From: a virus
DNA length: 26,755 nt
UHGV virus genome: UHGV-0229226
Reading direction: 5' to 3' (one strand)
The position numbers were made by a program, and so were the translations under genes. The number at the start of each line of letters is the position of its first letter. The first letter of the stretch is position 1. This document shows, piece after piece, positions 18,502 through 26,281 of this stretch. The notes below the pieces were generated by a model. That model was given only the letters and a program-made list of their open reading frames with translations. It ran no database searches and was not told the DNA's origin.

Positions 18502-18849
18502 CTAAGCATTATTGGCCTCCTGCATCAGGAGAAAGACAATCATGGCGGCGCGGAGAGGTCTGGTATCAAATATTGGGCTTACGCCTTTTGCATCCACACA
18601 CCATTCAGTTAACTGGTCTAAGATAGAAATCCTGTATTTCTCAATAATCGGCCATGAAGCGCTCGGATCATTGCAGTAGTCAGGCAAATGATTTAATGGC
18701 TCAAAAGTTGTATCAGCATTTCCGTAATACCATTTGTTGGTGTTATTCCCTGATGTTTCCGGTTTACTTGCCCAAAGGCCTTTAAAAATTATGTCTCCTA
18801 CCATTCTGTTAATTTCAAAATCACTTAACTGTGAATAATCCATTGTCAT
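18502..18849 (-). CDS. Hypothetical nin-region protein
   Basis: ORF 18502..18885; the likely start MTMDYSQL at 18849 overlaps the ninE stop (ATGA). No confident family assignment. Confidence 0.5.
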   Translation of the reverse strand: MTMDYSQLSDFEINRMVGDIIFKGLWASKPETSGNNTNKWYYGNADTTFEPLNHLPDYCNDPSASWPIIEKYRISILDQLTEWCVDAKGVSPIFDTRPLRAAMIVFLLMQEANNA

Positions 18850-19022
18850 TTCCTCGCACGATATCTTAGCCACCGGATATCCCACAGGTGGGCTGTGTAA
18901 TTGAAGGTTTTTACGTCAGATTCTTTTGGGATTAGCTTGCGTTTATTTCTGGAGCGTTTCGTTGGAAGGTATTTGCAGTTTTCGCAGATTATGTCGGTGA
19001 TGCTTCGTCGCTGTCGTCTCAT
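18846..19022 (-). CDS. ninE: NinE-family protein
   Basis: 58 aa from the ATG at 19022 (overlapping the methylase stop): [58 protein letters not shown], matching what I recall of lambda NinE. Confidence 0.6.
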   Translation of the reverse strand: MRRQRRSITDIICENCKYLPTKRSRNKRKLIPKESDVKTFNYTAHLWDIRWLRYRARK

Positions 19023-19546
19023 GCAGCCCTCCTGACGCCCTGCCCGATCGCCATCAATGCCGCTTTGGATACGGTAGTAAACATCCGTCGAGGACTGATG
19101 AACGGTCGCCAAATCAGCAGCATGGAGCCTTTGCTGTTTCCCTTCTTCTCCAGCCCTGTCGATGGTTCGATAAAATTAATCCGTCCATCAGTGATAATAC
19201 GAACTTCGTCAACACTCTCCAGAGCCTTGCTGAACCATCCGACAGACATATCCTCTGGCACAAGCATCACTACCGTCTGTCGCTGTTGTATACACTGCTC
19301 AGCGGCTTTTTCCACCCACGGCCTGATATTGCTGTACGGTGGGTTATTCCAGATTGCACCGTGGCTTACCCACTCAGAATTGAGCGCGTCGTCGTCCTCA
19401 GTTAGCCAGTGAGCGCACAGAGCATTTTTGTCGCTCGCTGCCGAATCCAGCCAGAATCCAAACTCAATATCCAGTGCATCAAAAAGCCAAAGCGGCGTTT
19501 GCCAGCAGTCCTTGTCGTGTGCTGGCGTATTTGATTTGATAGTCAT
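19019..19546 (-). CDS. Phage DNA N6-adenine methyltransferase (Dam-like)
   Basis: From the ATG at 19546 (ATGA overlap with the ninB stop): [26 protein letters not shown]...WNNPPYS..., with the NPPY catalytic motif of N6-adenine methyltransferases. Confidence 0.8.
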   Translation of the reverse strand: MTIKSNTPAHDKDCWQTPLWLFDALDIEFGFWLDSAASDKNALCAHWLTEDDDALNSEWVSHGAIWNNPPYSNIRPWVEKAAEQCIQQRQTVVMLVPEDMSVGWFSKALESVDEVRIITDGRINFIEPSTGLEKKGNSKGSMLLIWRPFISPRRMFTTVSKAALMAIGQGVRRAA

Positions 19547-19983
19547 GCAGCCCGATCTCCCCATCGCGCTTTCCATTCGAGAGCCAGTCGCGCTTCGTCT
19601 GACCACTTAACGCCACGCTCTGTACCGAATGCCTGTATAAGCTCTAATAGCTCCGCAAATTCGCTTACACGCATCCTGCTGGTTGACTGGCCTATTACCA
19701 CAAAGCCATTCCCGGCAAGGTTAGGAACAACATCCTGCTGCTTTAATGCTGCGGTAAACACACACTTCCAGCTTTCTGCATCCAGCCAGCGACCATGCCA
19801 TTCAACCTGACGAGAGACGTCACCTAAGCAGGCCCATAGCTTCCTGTTTTGGTCTAAGCTGCGGTTGCGTTCCTGAATGGTTACTACGATTGGTTTGGTT
19901 GGGTCTGGAAGGATTTGCTGTACTGCGTGAATAGCGTTTTGCTGATGTGCCGGAGATCGAATTTCAAAGGTTAGTTTTTTCAT
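19543..19983 (-). CDS. ninB: Recombination protein NinB
   Basis: MKKLTFEIRSPAHQQNAIHAVQQILPDPTKPIVVTIQERNRSLDQNRKLWACLGDV... is essentially lambda NinB. ATG at 19983 has a GGGGAG Shine-Dalgarno. Confidence 0.85.
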   Translation of the reverse strand: MKKLTFEIRSPAHQQNAIHAVQQILPDPTKPIVVTIQERNRSLDQNRKLWACLGDVSRQVEWHGRWLDAESWKCVFTAALKQQDVVPNLAGNGFVVIGQSTSRMRVSEFAELLELIQAFGTERGVKWSDEARLALEWKARWGDRAA

Positions 19984-19999
19984 GACTTCCCTCTCCCCC

Positions 20000-20031
20000 A
20001 AATAAAAAGGCCTGCGATTACCTGCAGGCCT
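20000..20031 (-). terminator. Rho-independent terminator between ren and ninB (tR2-like)
   Basis: AGGCCTGC ... GCAGGCCT 8-bp stem followed on the minus strand by TTTTTATTT. This is the position of lambda tR2. Confidence 0.55.
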
Positions 20032-20056
20032 GTTATTAGCTCAGTGATGTAGATGG

Positions 20057-20347
20057 TCATCTTTTAACTCCATATACCGCCAATATCCGTTTCATCGTGG
20101 CACTCTGGCGACACTCCTTAAAAATCAGGTTCGTGCTCATCTTTCCTTCCCGTTCTTCCTTGGTAGCAAACCGGTAATACACCGTTCGCCAGACCTTACC
20201 TTCGATAACCAGAAGACCTGCCCGTGCCATTTTAGCCGCGGCCTGATTTATGCTGGTTACTGTTGCGCCTGTTAGCGCGGCAACGTCCGGCGCACAGAAG
20301 CTATTATGCGTCCCCAGGTAATGAATAATTGCCTCTTTGCCCGTCAT
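20057..20347 (-). CDS. ren: Ren protein
   Basis: 96 aa, MTGKEAIIHYLGTHNSFCAPDVAALTGATVTSINQAAAKMARAG..., near-identical to lambda Ren as I recall it. Confidence 0.85.
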   Translation of the reverse strand: MTGKEAIIHYLGTHNSFCAPDVAALTGATVTSINQAAAKMARAGLLVIEGKVWRTVYYRFATKEEREGKMSTNLIFKECRQSATMKRILAVYGVKR

Positions 20348-21045
20348 ACACTTGCTCCTTTCAGTCCTAACTTAGCTTTAATTTCTGCGATCTTCGCCAG
20401 CGCCTGAACACGATTTAGAGGTCTGCCGCCCATGACAGGAAGTTGTTTTACTGGTTCAGGTATCGTCTCACCACGGTTAATTCGCGCTGTCATACAGGTC
20501 AGTTCATCGGCAGCCTTGCGTCGTAATTCCGCGTCAGTCAGCGCATTGGCCCGCATGTTCTGGTACAGGTTGGTAACCAGCCAGTAGTGCGCGTTCGATT
20601 TCCACGGATAAGACTCTGCATCCGGATACAGGCCTCGCTTCCGGCAATACTCGTAAACCATATCAACCAGCTCGCTGAGGTTTGGCAGTCCGGCGATAAC
20701 GGATGCTTCTTCCCGGCACCATGCAACAAACTGCCCGGGTGATGGCAGAAATGGTCGATTCTGCCGACGGGCTACGCGCATTCCTGCGTTAACCTGTTCC
20801 ATTGTGGTGATCCCGTTTTCCCGGAAAGCCAGAACCCACTGGCGGCGGATTTCGTTCAGTTCGTTCTGGTCACGGTTAGCCAGACTCGCCGGGAAAGTTG
20901 CCAGTAACTGGCTGAACACACCGTTGATGATCTGCGCTACCTGCTGTACCTGCGGCTTTTCGTCGTACTGTTCCGGCATGTTGTTGGCGATCCGACGCAT
21001 CTGCTCACGGTCAAAATTAACCATCTGTGCGGCGATGTTTTTCAT
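20344..21045 (-). CDS. P: Replication protein P (DnaB helicase loader)
   Basis: 233 aa, MKNIAAQMVNFDREQMRRIANNMPEQYDEKPQVQQVAQIING..., near-identical to lambda P. Confidence 0.95.
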   Translation of the reverse strand: MKNIAAQMVNFDREQMRRIANNMPEQYDEKPQVQQVAQIINGVFSQLLATFPASLANRDQNELNEIRRQWVLAFRENGITTMEQVNAGMRVARRQNRPFLPSPGQFVAWCREEASVIAGLPNLSELVDMVYEYCRKRGLYPDAESYPWKSNAHYWLVTNLYQNMRANALTDAELRRKAADELTCMTARINRGETIPEPVKQLPVMGGRPLNRVQALAKIAEIKAKLGLKGASV

Positions 21046-21941
21046 AAATCCACCCCGTAAATCCAGTCAGTGTTTGTCAGGTCGAGTTTTGGTTTGCAGG
21101 CTGTCACACCTGCCTGTTGCTTGTTACGGTTGATTTCGAGCTGGGTCCACTTGTCGCGGAGTTTGGCCGGGCTCAGCACGTTACCGGACCAGAAGTTGTC
21201 CTGGCATGCCCAGCGGAACAGTACACACATGTCGCGATGGTTACGTCCGTCACGTTCACGCATCAGGCGGATATCGTTAGCCCACCCTGCAAAATTCGGT
21301 TTTCTGGCTGATGGCGCGATGGTCTTCACCATGTCAAACATCCATTCTGCGGCGGTCAGGTCTTCTGCTGTCCCCCACTTGCTGCCGCTCTGAATTGCAG
21401 CATCCGGTTTCACCACAGAAAGGTCGTTTTCTGGCTGGTCAGAGGATTCGCCAGAATTCTCTGACGAATAATCTTTTCTTTTTTCTTTTGTAATAGTGTC
21501 TTTTGTGTCCCCCTGTTTTGAGGGATAGCAATCCCCCAATTTGAGGGATGTTTTATCCCTCGTTTTAGGGGATTTTCCCTCGTTTTGAGGGATACACCAT
21601 TCTGAGATGTTTTTATTTGGTCCAAACATGCCGCCTTGCTGCTTGATAATATTCATTCTGACGAGTTCTAACTTGGCTTCATTGCACCGTTTGACGGGTA
21701 ACTTTGTAATCTCGCTAAGTTGAGAATCGGTGATTCTGTCCATTGGTTTATTCCATCCATAGGTTTTACGCAGAATGGCAAGCAGCACTTTAAACTGTCG
21801 CTTGGTCAGATCTGCGCCTGAATAAGCCTCAAGCAGCATATTTGATAGTCTGGCGTAACCATCATCGAGATCTGCCACATTACGCTCCTGTTTGGCAAAG
21901 TTACCTCTGCAGAAGTTGAGTATTTTTGCTGTATTTGTCAT
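21042..21941 (-). CDS. O: Replication initiator protein O
   Basis: 299 aa, MTNTAKILNF...GADLTKRQFKVLLAILRKTYGWNKPMDRITDSQLSEITKLPVKRCNEAKLELVRMNII..., near-identical to lambda O. Contains the ori iterons. Confidence 0.95.
   Translation of the reverse strand: MTNTAKILNFCRGNFAKQERNVADLDDGYARLSNMLLEAYSGADLTKRQFKVLLAILRKTYGWNKPMDRITDSQLSEITKLPVKRCNEAKLELVRMNIIKQQGGMFGPNKNISEWCIPQNEGKSPKTRDKTSLKLGDCYPSKQGDTKDTITKEKRKDYSSENSGESSDQPENDLSVVKPDAAIQSGSKWGTAEDLTAAEWMFDMVKTIAPSARKPNFAGWANDIRLMRERDGRNHRDMCVLFRWACQDNFWSGNVLSPAKLRDKWTQLEINRNKQQAGVTACKPKLDLTNTDWIYGVDL
21450..21595. repeat. Replication origin (ori-lambda type): four ~19-bp iterons plus adjacent AT-rich region, inside the O gene
   Basis: Four iterons of the lambda ori consensus type at about 21508-21526, 21531-21549, 21555-21573 and 21576-21594 (tccccctgttttgagggat, atcccccaatttgagggat, atccctcgttttaggggat, tccctcgttttgagggata). 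The AT-rich tract at 21450-21505 lies downstream in the O reading direction. Confidence 0.85.
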
Positions 21942-21973
21942 AATGACTCCTGTGGATTGATCCAGTAATGACC

Positions 21974-22270
21974 TCAGAATTCCATCTGGATTTGTTCAGA
22001 ACGCTCGGTTGCCGCCGGGCGTTTTTTATTGGTGAGTCCATCAAGCGCATACTTAAAAGCCCTGCTAATCGGACTGATGTCTGATGCCATTCCGAAAGCA
22101 CACAAGACCGAAGCAATAAATCTCCAGTCCGTTCTGCTTATCTTCGATTCATGACAGCCAATCATCTTTGCCAGACCGCGCTGGGTAATAGCTGACAGAT
22201 TGATAAGTAAATCTGTTTCTGCGCGATCAACGTCACGCTGTGATAGTTTGCTGTAACTTGTTCTTTCCAT
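21974..22270 (-). CDS. cII: Transcriptional activator CII
   Basis: 98 aa in the cro-cII-O order. The C-terminus ...TNKKRPAATERSEQIQMEF matches the lambda CII C-terminus; the N-terminal half diverges. Confidence 0.8.
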   Translation of the reverse strand: MERTSYSKLSQRDVDRAETDLLINLSAITQRGLAKMIGCHESKISRTDWRFIASVLCAFGMASDISPISRAFKYALDGLTNKKRPAATERSEQIQMEF

Positions 22271-22355
22271 TTCTTAAGATTTCCAATAGTGAATAGTTAG
22301 TTGAAAGGTATGCGTGGAAACGCATATGGCCTTAGTTGGTCAGATATCTTGGAAC

Positions 22356-22401
22356 TCGCTTTTCAGCGACGTAGGACGAATGTCCGTTGTTACAAAGAGC
22401 G
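22356..22401 (-). promoter_or_regulatory. nutR: boxA-like CGCTCTTTG plus boxB hairpin TCGCT-GAAA-AGCGA
   Basis: On the minus strand just after the cro stop: CGCTCTTTGTAA (plus 22390-22401), then about 20 nt on the hairpin TCGCTGAAAAGCGA (plus 22356-22369). Spacing and boxB loop match the nutL candidate at 25036-25081. Confidence 0.5.
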
Positions 22402-22411
22402 GATCCGCTTA

Positions 22412-22627
22412 TTAAGCGGCTTTGTGTTCCGGCGGGAACACGTCATCAAGACTGACTTTTGCGCCTAACTTGTTTAGGCACGCAACAAGAGCACGGCATG
22501 TTTTAAGGTCTGGGAAGCGACGACCAGATTCCCAATGTCCGATAGCTCCCTGTGTGCATCCAACTGCCTTAGCAAGTGTTGTTTGAGAGATATTCAGTGA
22601 CTCTCGATATTTTCGTAGGTTGCTCAT
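22412..22627 (-). CDS. cro: Cro repressor (HTH)
   Basis: 71 aa from the ATG at 22627, which has a GGAGG Shine-Dalgarno: MSNLRKYRESLNISQTTLAKAVGCTQGAIGHWESGRRFPD..., a helix-turn-helix. Divergent from cI. The longer ORF-track ORF would run across the operator region. Confidence 0.8.
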   Translation of the reverse strand: MSNLRKYRESLNISQTTLAKAVGCTQGAIGHWESGRRFPDLKTCRALVACLNKLGAKVSLDDVFPPEHKAA

Positions 22628-22744
22628 ATGCCCTCCATAGTAAACACGAATAAAAAAATACAATATGTACTTTGCGAATACAAGTAAAAATACACATTGT
22701 GCATGGATGGTTCCAGTACAGAGCGTAATAATAAGGACATGAAA
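22628..22744. promoter_or_regulatory. Immunity-region control region (OR operators with PR and PRM), inferred
   Basis: 117-bp AT-rich gap between divergent cro and cI. It contains the palindrome CACATTGTG and AGTAC-type half-sites like those near PL. Exact operators and promoters are not resolved by eye. Confidence 0.45.
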
Positions 22745-23398
22745 ATGAAATGGTATGAACTGGCTAGATCCAGAATGAAAGAGCTCGGCATAACTCAAGA
22801 GAAGTTAGCCGAAGAGCTAGGTATGACGCAGGGTGGGATTGGACACTGGTTGCGCGGATCTCGTCATCCATCTCTTAGTGATATTGGTGTGGTGTTTAAA
22901 TACCTTGGTATTGATAACATATCATTCAACCACGACGGGACATTTTCACCTGTTGGCGAATACTCATCGGCCCCAGTTAAAAAACAATATGAGTACCCTG
23001 TTTTTTCTCATGTTCAGGCTGGGATGTTCTCTCCAGAACTCAGAACCTTTACCAAAGGCGATGCGGAGAGATTGGTAAGCACAACCAAAAAAGCCAGTGA
23101 CTCTGCATTCTGGCTTGAGGTTGAAGGTAACTCAATGACCGCACCAACAGGTTCCAAACCCAGCTTTCCTGACGGGATGTTAATTCTGGTTGACCCTGAG
23201 CAAGCTGTTGAGCCCGGCGATTTCTGCATAGCCAGACTTGGTGGTGATGAATTTACCTTCAAGAAACTGATCAGGGATAGCGGTCAGGTGTTTCTACAGC
23301 CACTAAACCCACAATACCCAATGATCCCATGCAATGAGAGTTGTTCCGTTGTGGGGAAAGTTATCGCCAGCCAATGGCCTGAAGAGACGTTTGGGTGA
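22745..23398 (+). CDS. cI: CI-type prophage repressor (HTH plus S24 LexA-like autopeptidase domain)
   Basis: N-terminal HTH ([23 protein letters not shown]) and C-terminal S24 domain with the catalytic Ser in GNSM and the Lys in FKKL. Start is 22745 (best Shine-Dalgarno spacing) or 22739; the ORF-track start 22697 is a TTG inside the operator region. Confidence 0.85.
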   Translation: MKWYELARSRMKELGITQEKLAEELGMTQGGIGHWLRGSRHPSLSDIGVVFKYLGIDNISFNHDGTFSPVGEYSSAPVKKQYEYPVFSHVQAGMFSPELRTFTKGDAERLVSTTKKASDSAFWLEVEGNSMTAPTGSKPSFPDGMLILVDPEQAVEPGDFCIARLGGDEFTFKKLIRDSGQVFLQPLNPQYPMIPCNESCSVVGKVIASQWPEETFG

Positions 23399-23437
23399 TG
23401 AAACCACTTTTATCTACAATTTACAGGGCGGTAAACA

Positions 23438-23995
23438 TTGGCAAAAATAGATGATTATCAGCCAAGCCAAGTAGAAGTTGATAAAGTACTTTATTGTAAA
23501 AAAATAGTTAACTTTTCTGGCGTTAAATGGAAACAGAAACCAAGTCGCTCTGATATGTGGCTACAAGCCCATATCATCCCCTTGGATGAGGATTGTATAC
23601 CTATACAAGGGCTAAAGTTTGAACTGAAATGGAAACCAGATCAGGATTCAGAACCTGATGACCCGATTTCTTACCCTAAAATAAATATTATTGCTTTCTA
23701 TCATAACAAGAGGGTTTTCGCGGTAGATACCTATCACTTTGACAAACACACGAATAGTTACAAGGTCGATCATCCGAAGTACCAAGATATCATTTACGGT
23801 GCTCACTACCATGTATACTATGAAGAAGCTGGATACTATAGTGATAGAATAGCGTTTCCAATCGAAGATGACATAAACCCAGATGACCTGGTAGGGTATT
23901 GGAATTACTTCTGTAAACATCTGAACATAACTTACTCTGGGAGAATACCTTTACCGCTTGAAGATGAGTCGGGGCAAATGGGGTTTGGAATATGA
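23438..23995 (+). CDS. Hypothetical protein, first gene of the cassette in the rexAB position
   Basis: 185-aa ORF 40 nt after cI on the same strand. Soluble, rich in Tyr, Asp and His, with no motif I recognise. Low-GC codon usage. Its stop overlaps the next start (ATGA). Exact start codon is uncertain (see findings). Confidence 0.6.
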   Translation: MAKIDDYQPSQVEVDKVLYCKKIVNFSGVKWKQKPSRSDMWLQAHIIPLDEDCIPIQGLKFELKWKPDQDSEPDDPISYPKINIIAFYHNKRVFAVDTYHFDKHTNSYKVDHPKYQDIIYGAHYHVYYEEAGYYSDRIAFPIEDDINPDDLVGYWNYFCKHLNITYSGRIPLPLEDESGQMGFGI

Positions 23996-24744
23996 TGTGC
24001 TCAACAGTGATCTCACAACTAGGTTTCGAATGCCATCCAATAGGCAAGACCTTGAGAATTATCAGTCCATTCACTTACTGTGATGATGGAGAGCATGTCG
24101 GTGCCTTTATCCGTGAAGTCAATGGTAGGTATTTAGTTAGTGACAGATGCGATGCCTTAATGAATATGGAGGCAAGAGGGATCTCGCTTACCAAAAAACG
24201 ACTTGATGAGATACGACAATTACTGCTTAAAGAAGGCGCAGAACTCAATGCTCGAGGAGAAATCATTGCTTGGGCAACAGAAAAGGATGTCGGTGCGATT
24301 ACATCGAACATAATTAGAGCTGGTATACTCGCATCAACTTTGTCGTTAGACTGGTATCAGCCAGTTCAAGCTGAAAAGTTTGAAAGTATGGTTATTGATT
24401 ATCTATATCACACAGAGCTTAGAGACGCACTTTCTCTTCGTGAAAACGTATATGGCTTGAGTGGACATCAAATTACCGTCCCTGTAACAATAAAAACCGA
24501 CATACCTAAATACGTTTTTACATCAAGCGTGAAACACGGAGGAAGCTGGAATAGTGCTTACTCATTGCTTGGGAAACTAATTGATCTTAAAGCTTCAAGT
24601 GAGGAGTATAACAACAGATTTGTTGTTATAGACAGCGAAGCAATTGGTGATCAAATGCAACAACTCTCCTTACTCTTCCATGAATCAAGCCAAGTTCTAC
24701 CATTCTCCAAAAGAGAGACTTGGGTTAAGAGACTTGCAGCATAA
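23992..24744 (+). CDS. Hypothetical protein, second gene of the cassette in the rexAB position
   Basis: 250-aa ORF translationally coupled to the previous gene and followed by a strong terminator. No recognisable family. Low GC. Confidence 0.65.
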   Translation: MMCSTVISQLGFECHPIGKTLRIISPFTYCDDGEHVGAFIREVNGRYLVSDRCDALMNMEARGISLTKKRLDEIRQLLLKEGAELNARGEIIAWATEKDVGAITSNIIRAGILASTLSLDWYQPVQAEKFESMVIDYLYHTELRDALSLRENVYGLSGHQITVPVTIKTDIPKYVFTSSVKHGGSWNSAYSLLGKLIDLKASSEEYNNRFVVIDSEAIGDQMQQLSLLFHESSQVLPFSKRETWVKRLAA

Positions 24745-24748
24745 TACA

Positions 24749-24775
24749 ACCCGGCCTCAGCGCCGGGTTTTCTTT
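24749..24775 (+). terminator. Rho-independent terminator ending the cI-cassette operon
   Basis: ACCCGGC-CTCAGC-GCCGGGT, a 7-bp GC stem, followed by TTTTCTTT, 5 nt after the stop of the second cassette gene. Confidence 0.6.
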
Positions 24776-24948
24776 GCCTCACGTTCGCCCACCTAAAAAC
24801 ACATAACCAATTATATTTATTGAAAAATAAATAGATGCAACCCACTAAACCACGCAATTCTGATCTCTCCTTACATCGCCGAGGCAATACATCCACGCTA
24901 AAAAACAACACTATTAAATACAAAGCGTTATAAAAAACCACGCCAACT

Positions 24949-24991
24949 TACAACAAATTGTATTGATCTTGTAAAGTACATATCGTACTAT
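24949..24991 (+). promoter_or_regulatory. Candidate OL operators and PL promoter
   Basis: Palindromes TACAACAAATTGTA (24949-24962) and AGTACATATCGTACT (24975-24989) overlap a plausible promoter, TTGATC, 17 bp, TACTAT, pointing toward N. Confidence 0.4.
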
Positions 24992-25035
24992 TTAACCGTC
25001 AGCAGGACGCTGGAAGCCAAATGGAACAGACTGGC

Positions 25036-25081
25036 AGGCTCTTTAAACAACGTCGACTCTCGACTACGTGGCTGAAAAGCC
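25036..25081 (+). promoter_or_regulatory. nutL: boxA-like GGCTCTTTAA plus boxB hairpin TGGCT-GAAA-AGCCA
   Basis: boxA-like sequence at 25036-25045 and the hairpin TGGCTGAAAAGCCA at 25068-25081, about 100 nt upstream of N. Same architecture as the nutR candidate. Confidence 0.5.
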
Positions 25082-25180
25082 AGATCACCCAACCACATAA
25101 GCTGTGGGATGCAATGCCGAAGCAACCGTCTCAGGAGGAGCTTCGAGATTGCATCGCCAAAGTTTATTCGGGAGGAATCC

Positions 25181-25453
25181 ATGTCCAGAAAAACAGAATT
25201 TAAAGGCACCGCAGCTTCTCGCCGTAGAGCTCGTCGCGCAAATCTGCAAAGTCAGGAGGCGATCAGCTCCGACAAGCTACACAGGCCAACCCCTTCACGA
25301 GTGGTCTTGCAATGCAAGCTCAAACCAGCAATGAGAGCAGAAGTGATAACTCTGACAACGTTGACCAGAAAATATGAAGGTTCAACTTGTCTTCCGAACG
25401 TAGCTCTTTACGCGGCAGGCTACCGGAAATCAAAACAACTGACGGCGAGATGA
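25181..25453 (+). CDS. N: Early antiterminator N (arginine-rich motif)
   Basis: 90 aa from the ATG at 25181, which has a GGAGGA Shine-Dalgarno. N-terminal arginine-rich motif GTAASRRRARRANLQ. Sits downstream of PL/nutL, in the lambda position relative to cI. Confidence 0.75.
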   Translation: MSRKTEFKGTAASRRRARRANLQSQEAISSDKLHRPTPSRVVLQCKLKPAMRAEVITLTTLTRKYEGSTCLPNVALYAAGYRKSKQLTAR

Positions 25454-25469
25454 TAAATTCATTTGCTAA

Positions 25470-26051
25470 TTACTTGTTTTTGCCATGCTTATCCTGAGCG
25501 ATAAGTTCATCCATAAGGCTGTCTGCCTTCCCGGCAAACCTAATGTAGCACTCATGTCTATAGCTTTCAGGGATAACGAAACGGTCGGTATCAGGATATC
25601 CAACAGCAGGAGGCCTTCGAACGAGGAGTCCTTTTTTGAGCAATGAAATTGATTCATGAGCGCCCTTTTCCGTTTGTAGCTGGTTATTAGCGGCTACAGC
25701 GAATGCCAAATACGCTCTTTCTCCAAGAGTTAACGAATCAAACAAATCTTGCACATATTTTTCTTCTTTAGATTTGCGCTTCTGAGCAGCGAATACCTCA
25801 ATTCTTTCAGTCACAGCGTGATAAGCGGAATTAACAACGCCGTTAAGCACATAGCTAACGCAAAACAACAGGATGTAATACATCCAGTAATGAGGAAGGA
25901 TTTCTGGACTATGCAGGTTTATCCATTCTTTTACGCTTACCGGCATAACAATAATCAATATGATCAGGATGATTAGCATATGAATCAACTGTTTAAGTGT
26001 CATTCCTTGCAGGAAAAAATGCATTAGTTCCTGCCACCATGAGTTGTTCAT
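25470..26051 (-). CDS. sieB: Superinfection exclusion protein B-like membrane protein
   Basis: 193 aa with an N-terminal hydrophobic segment (LIHMLIILIILIIVMPV), a second hydrophobic segment, and a C-terminal soluble domain. Convergent with N and located between N and ral, exactly as sieB is in lambda. Confidence 0.55.
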   Translation of the reverse strand: MNNSWWQELMHFFLQGMTLKQLIHMLIILIILIIVMPVSVKEWINLHSPEILPHYWMYYILLFCVSYVLNGVVNSAYHAVTERIEVFAAQKRKSKEEKYVQDLFDSLTLGERAYLAFAVAANNQLQTEKGAHESISLLKKGLLVRRPPAVGYPDTDRFVIPESYRHECYIRFAGKADSLMDELIAQDKHGKNK

Positions 26052-26194
26052 CGGCGTTTCTCTTTTGCTCTCTGTAGGGGTGAATAGAGTTTATCCGATT
26101 TCTCGTTGTAGGGGTACACGAGAACCACCGAGCCTGATGTGGTTAAAAGACAGGCACAATCTTTACTACCGCAATCCACTATTTAAGGTGATAT

Positions 26195-26281
26195 ATGGAA
26201 GAAGAATTTGAAGAGTTCGAAGAGCATCCTCAAGATGTGATGGAACAATACCAGGACTATCCGTATGACTACGACTATTGA
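26195..26281 (+). CDS. Small acidic protein (lambda orf28-like)
   Basis: 28 codons, MEEEFEEFEEHPQDVMEQYQDYPYDYDY, with an AAGGTG Shine-Dalgarno; overlaps the ral start. Below the ORF-track cut-off. Confidence 0.5.
   Translation: MEEEFEEFEEHPQDVMEQYQDYPYDYDY

Noticed and set aside
18315-18509. 64-aa minus-strand ORF between the hypothetical nin gene and rusA
   Set aside because: Wrong frame relative to the recognisable YbcO-like remnant, which is in the frame coupled to rusA; no Shine-Dalgarno; the sequence looks like noise.
21507-21595. Four evenly spaced ~19-bp direct repeats that could be mistaken for a small CRISPR array
   Set aside because: They lie inside the O gene, match the lambda ori iteron consensus, and the spacers between them are only 4-6 bp. 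This is the replication origin, not a CRISPR array.
21901-22116. 71-aa minus-strand ORF overlapping the O start and the cII 3' end
   Set aside because: Out-of-frame overlap with two well-supported genes, cII and O.
22628-22798. N-terminal 57-codon extension of the cro ORF
   Set aside because: It would run across the divergent operator and promoter region and is hydrophobic nonsense. The internal ATG at 22627 has a GGAGG Shine-Dalgarno and gives a typical 71-aa Cro.
24651-25209. ORFs 24651..24941 (minus), 24988..25209 (minus) and 25021..25203 (plus) in the PL / N-leader region
   Set aside because: They overlap the terminator, operator palindromes and nutL; they have no ribosome-binding sites. 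The region is better explained as regulatory DNA. The N reading frame starts at the internal ATG at 25181.
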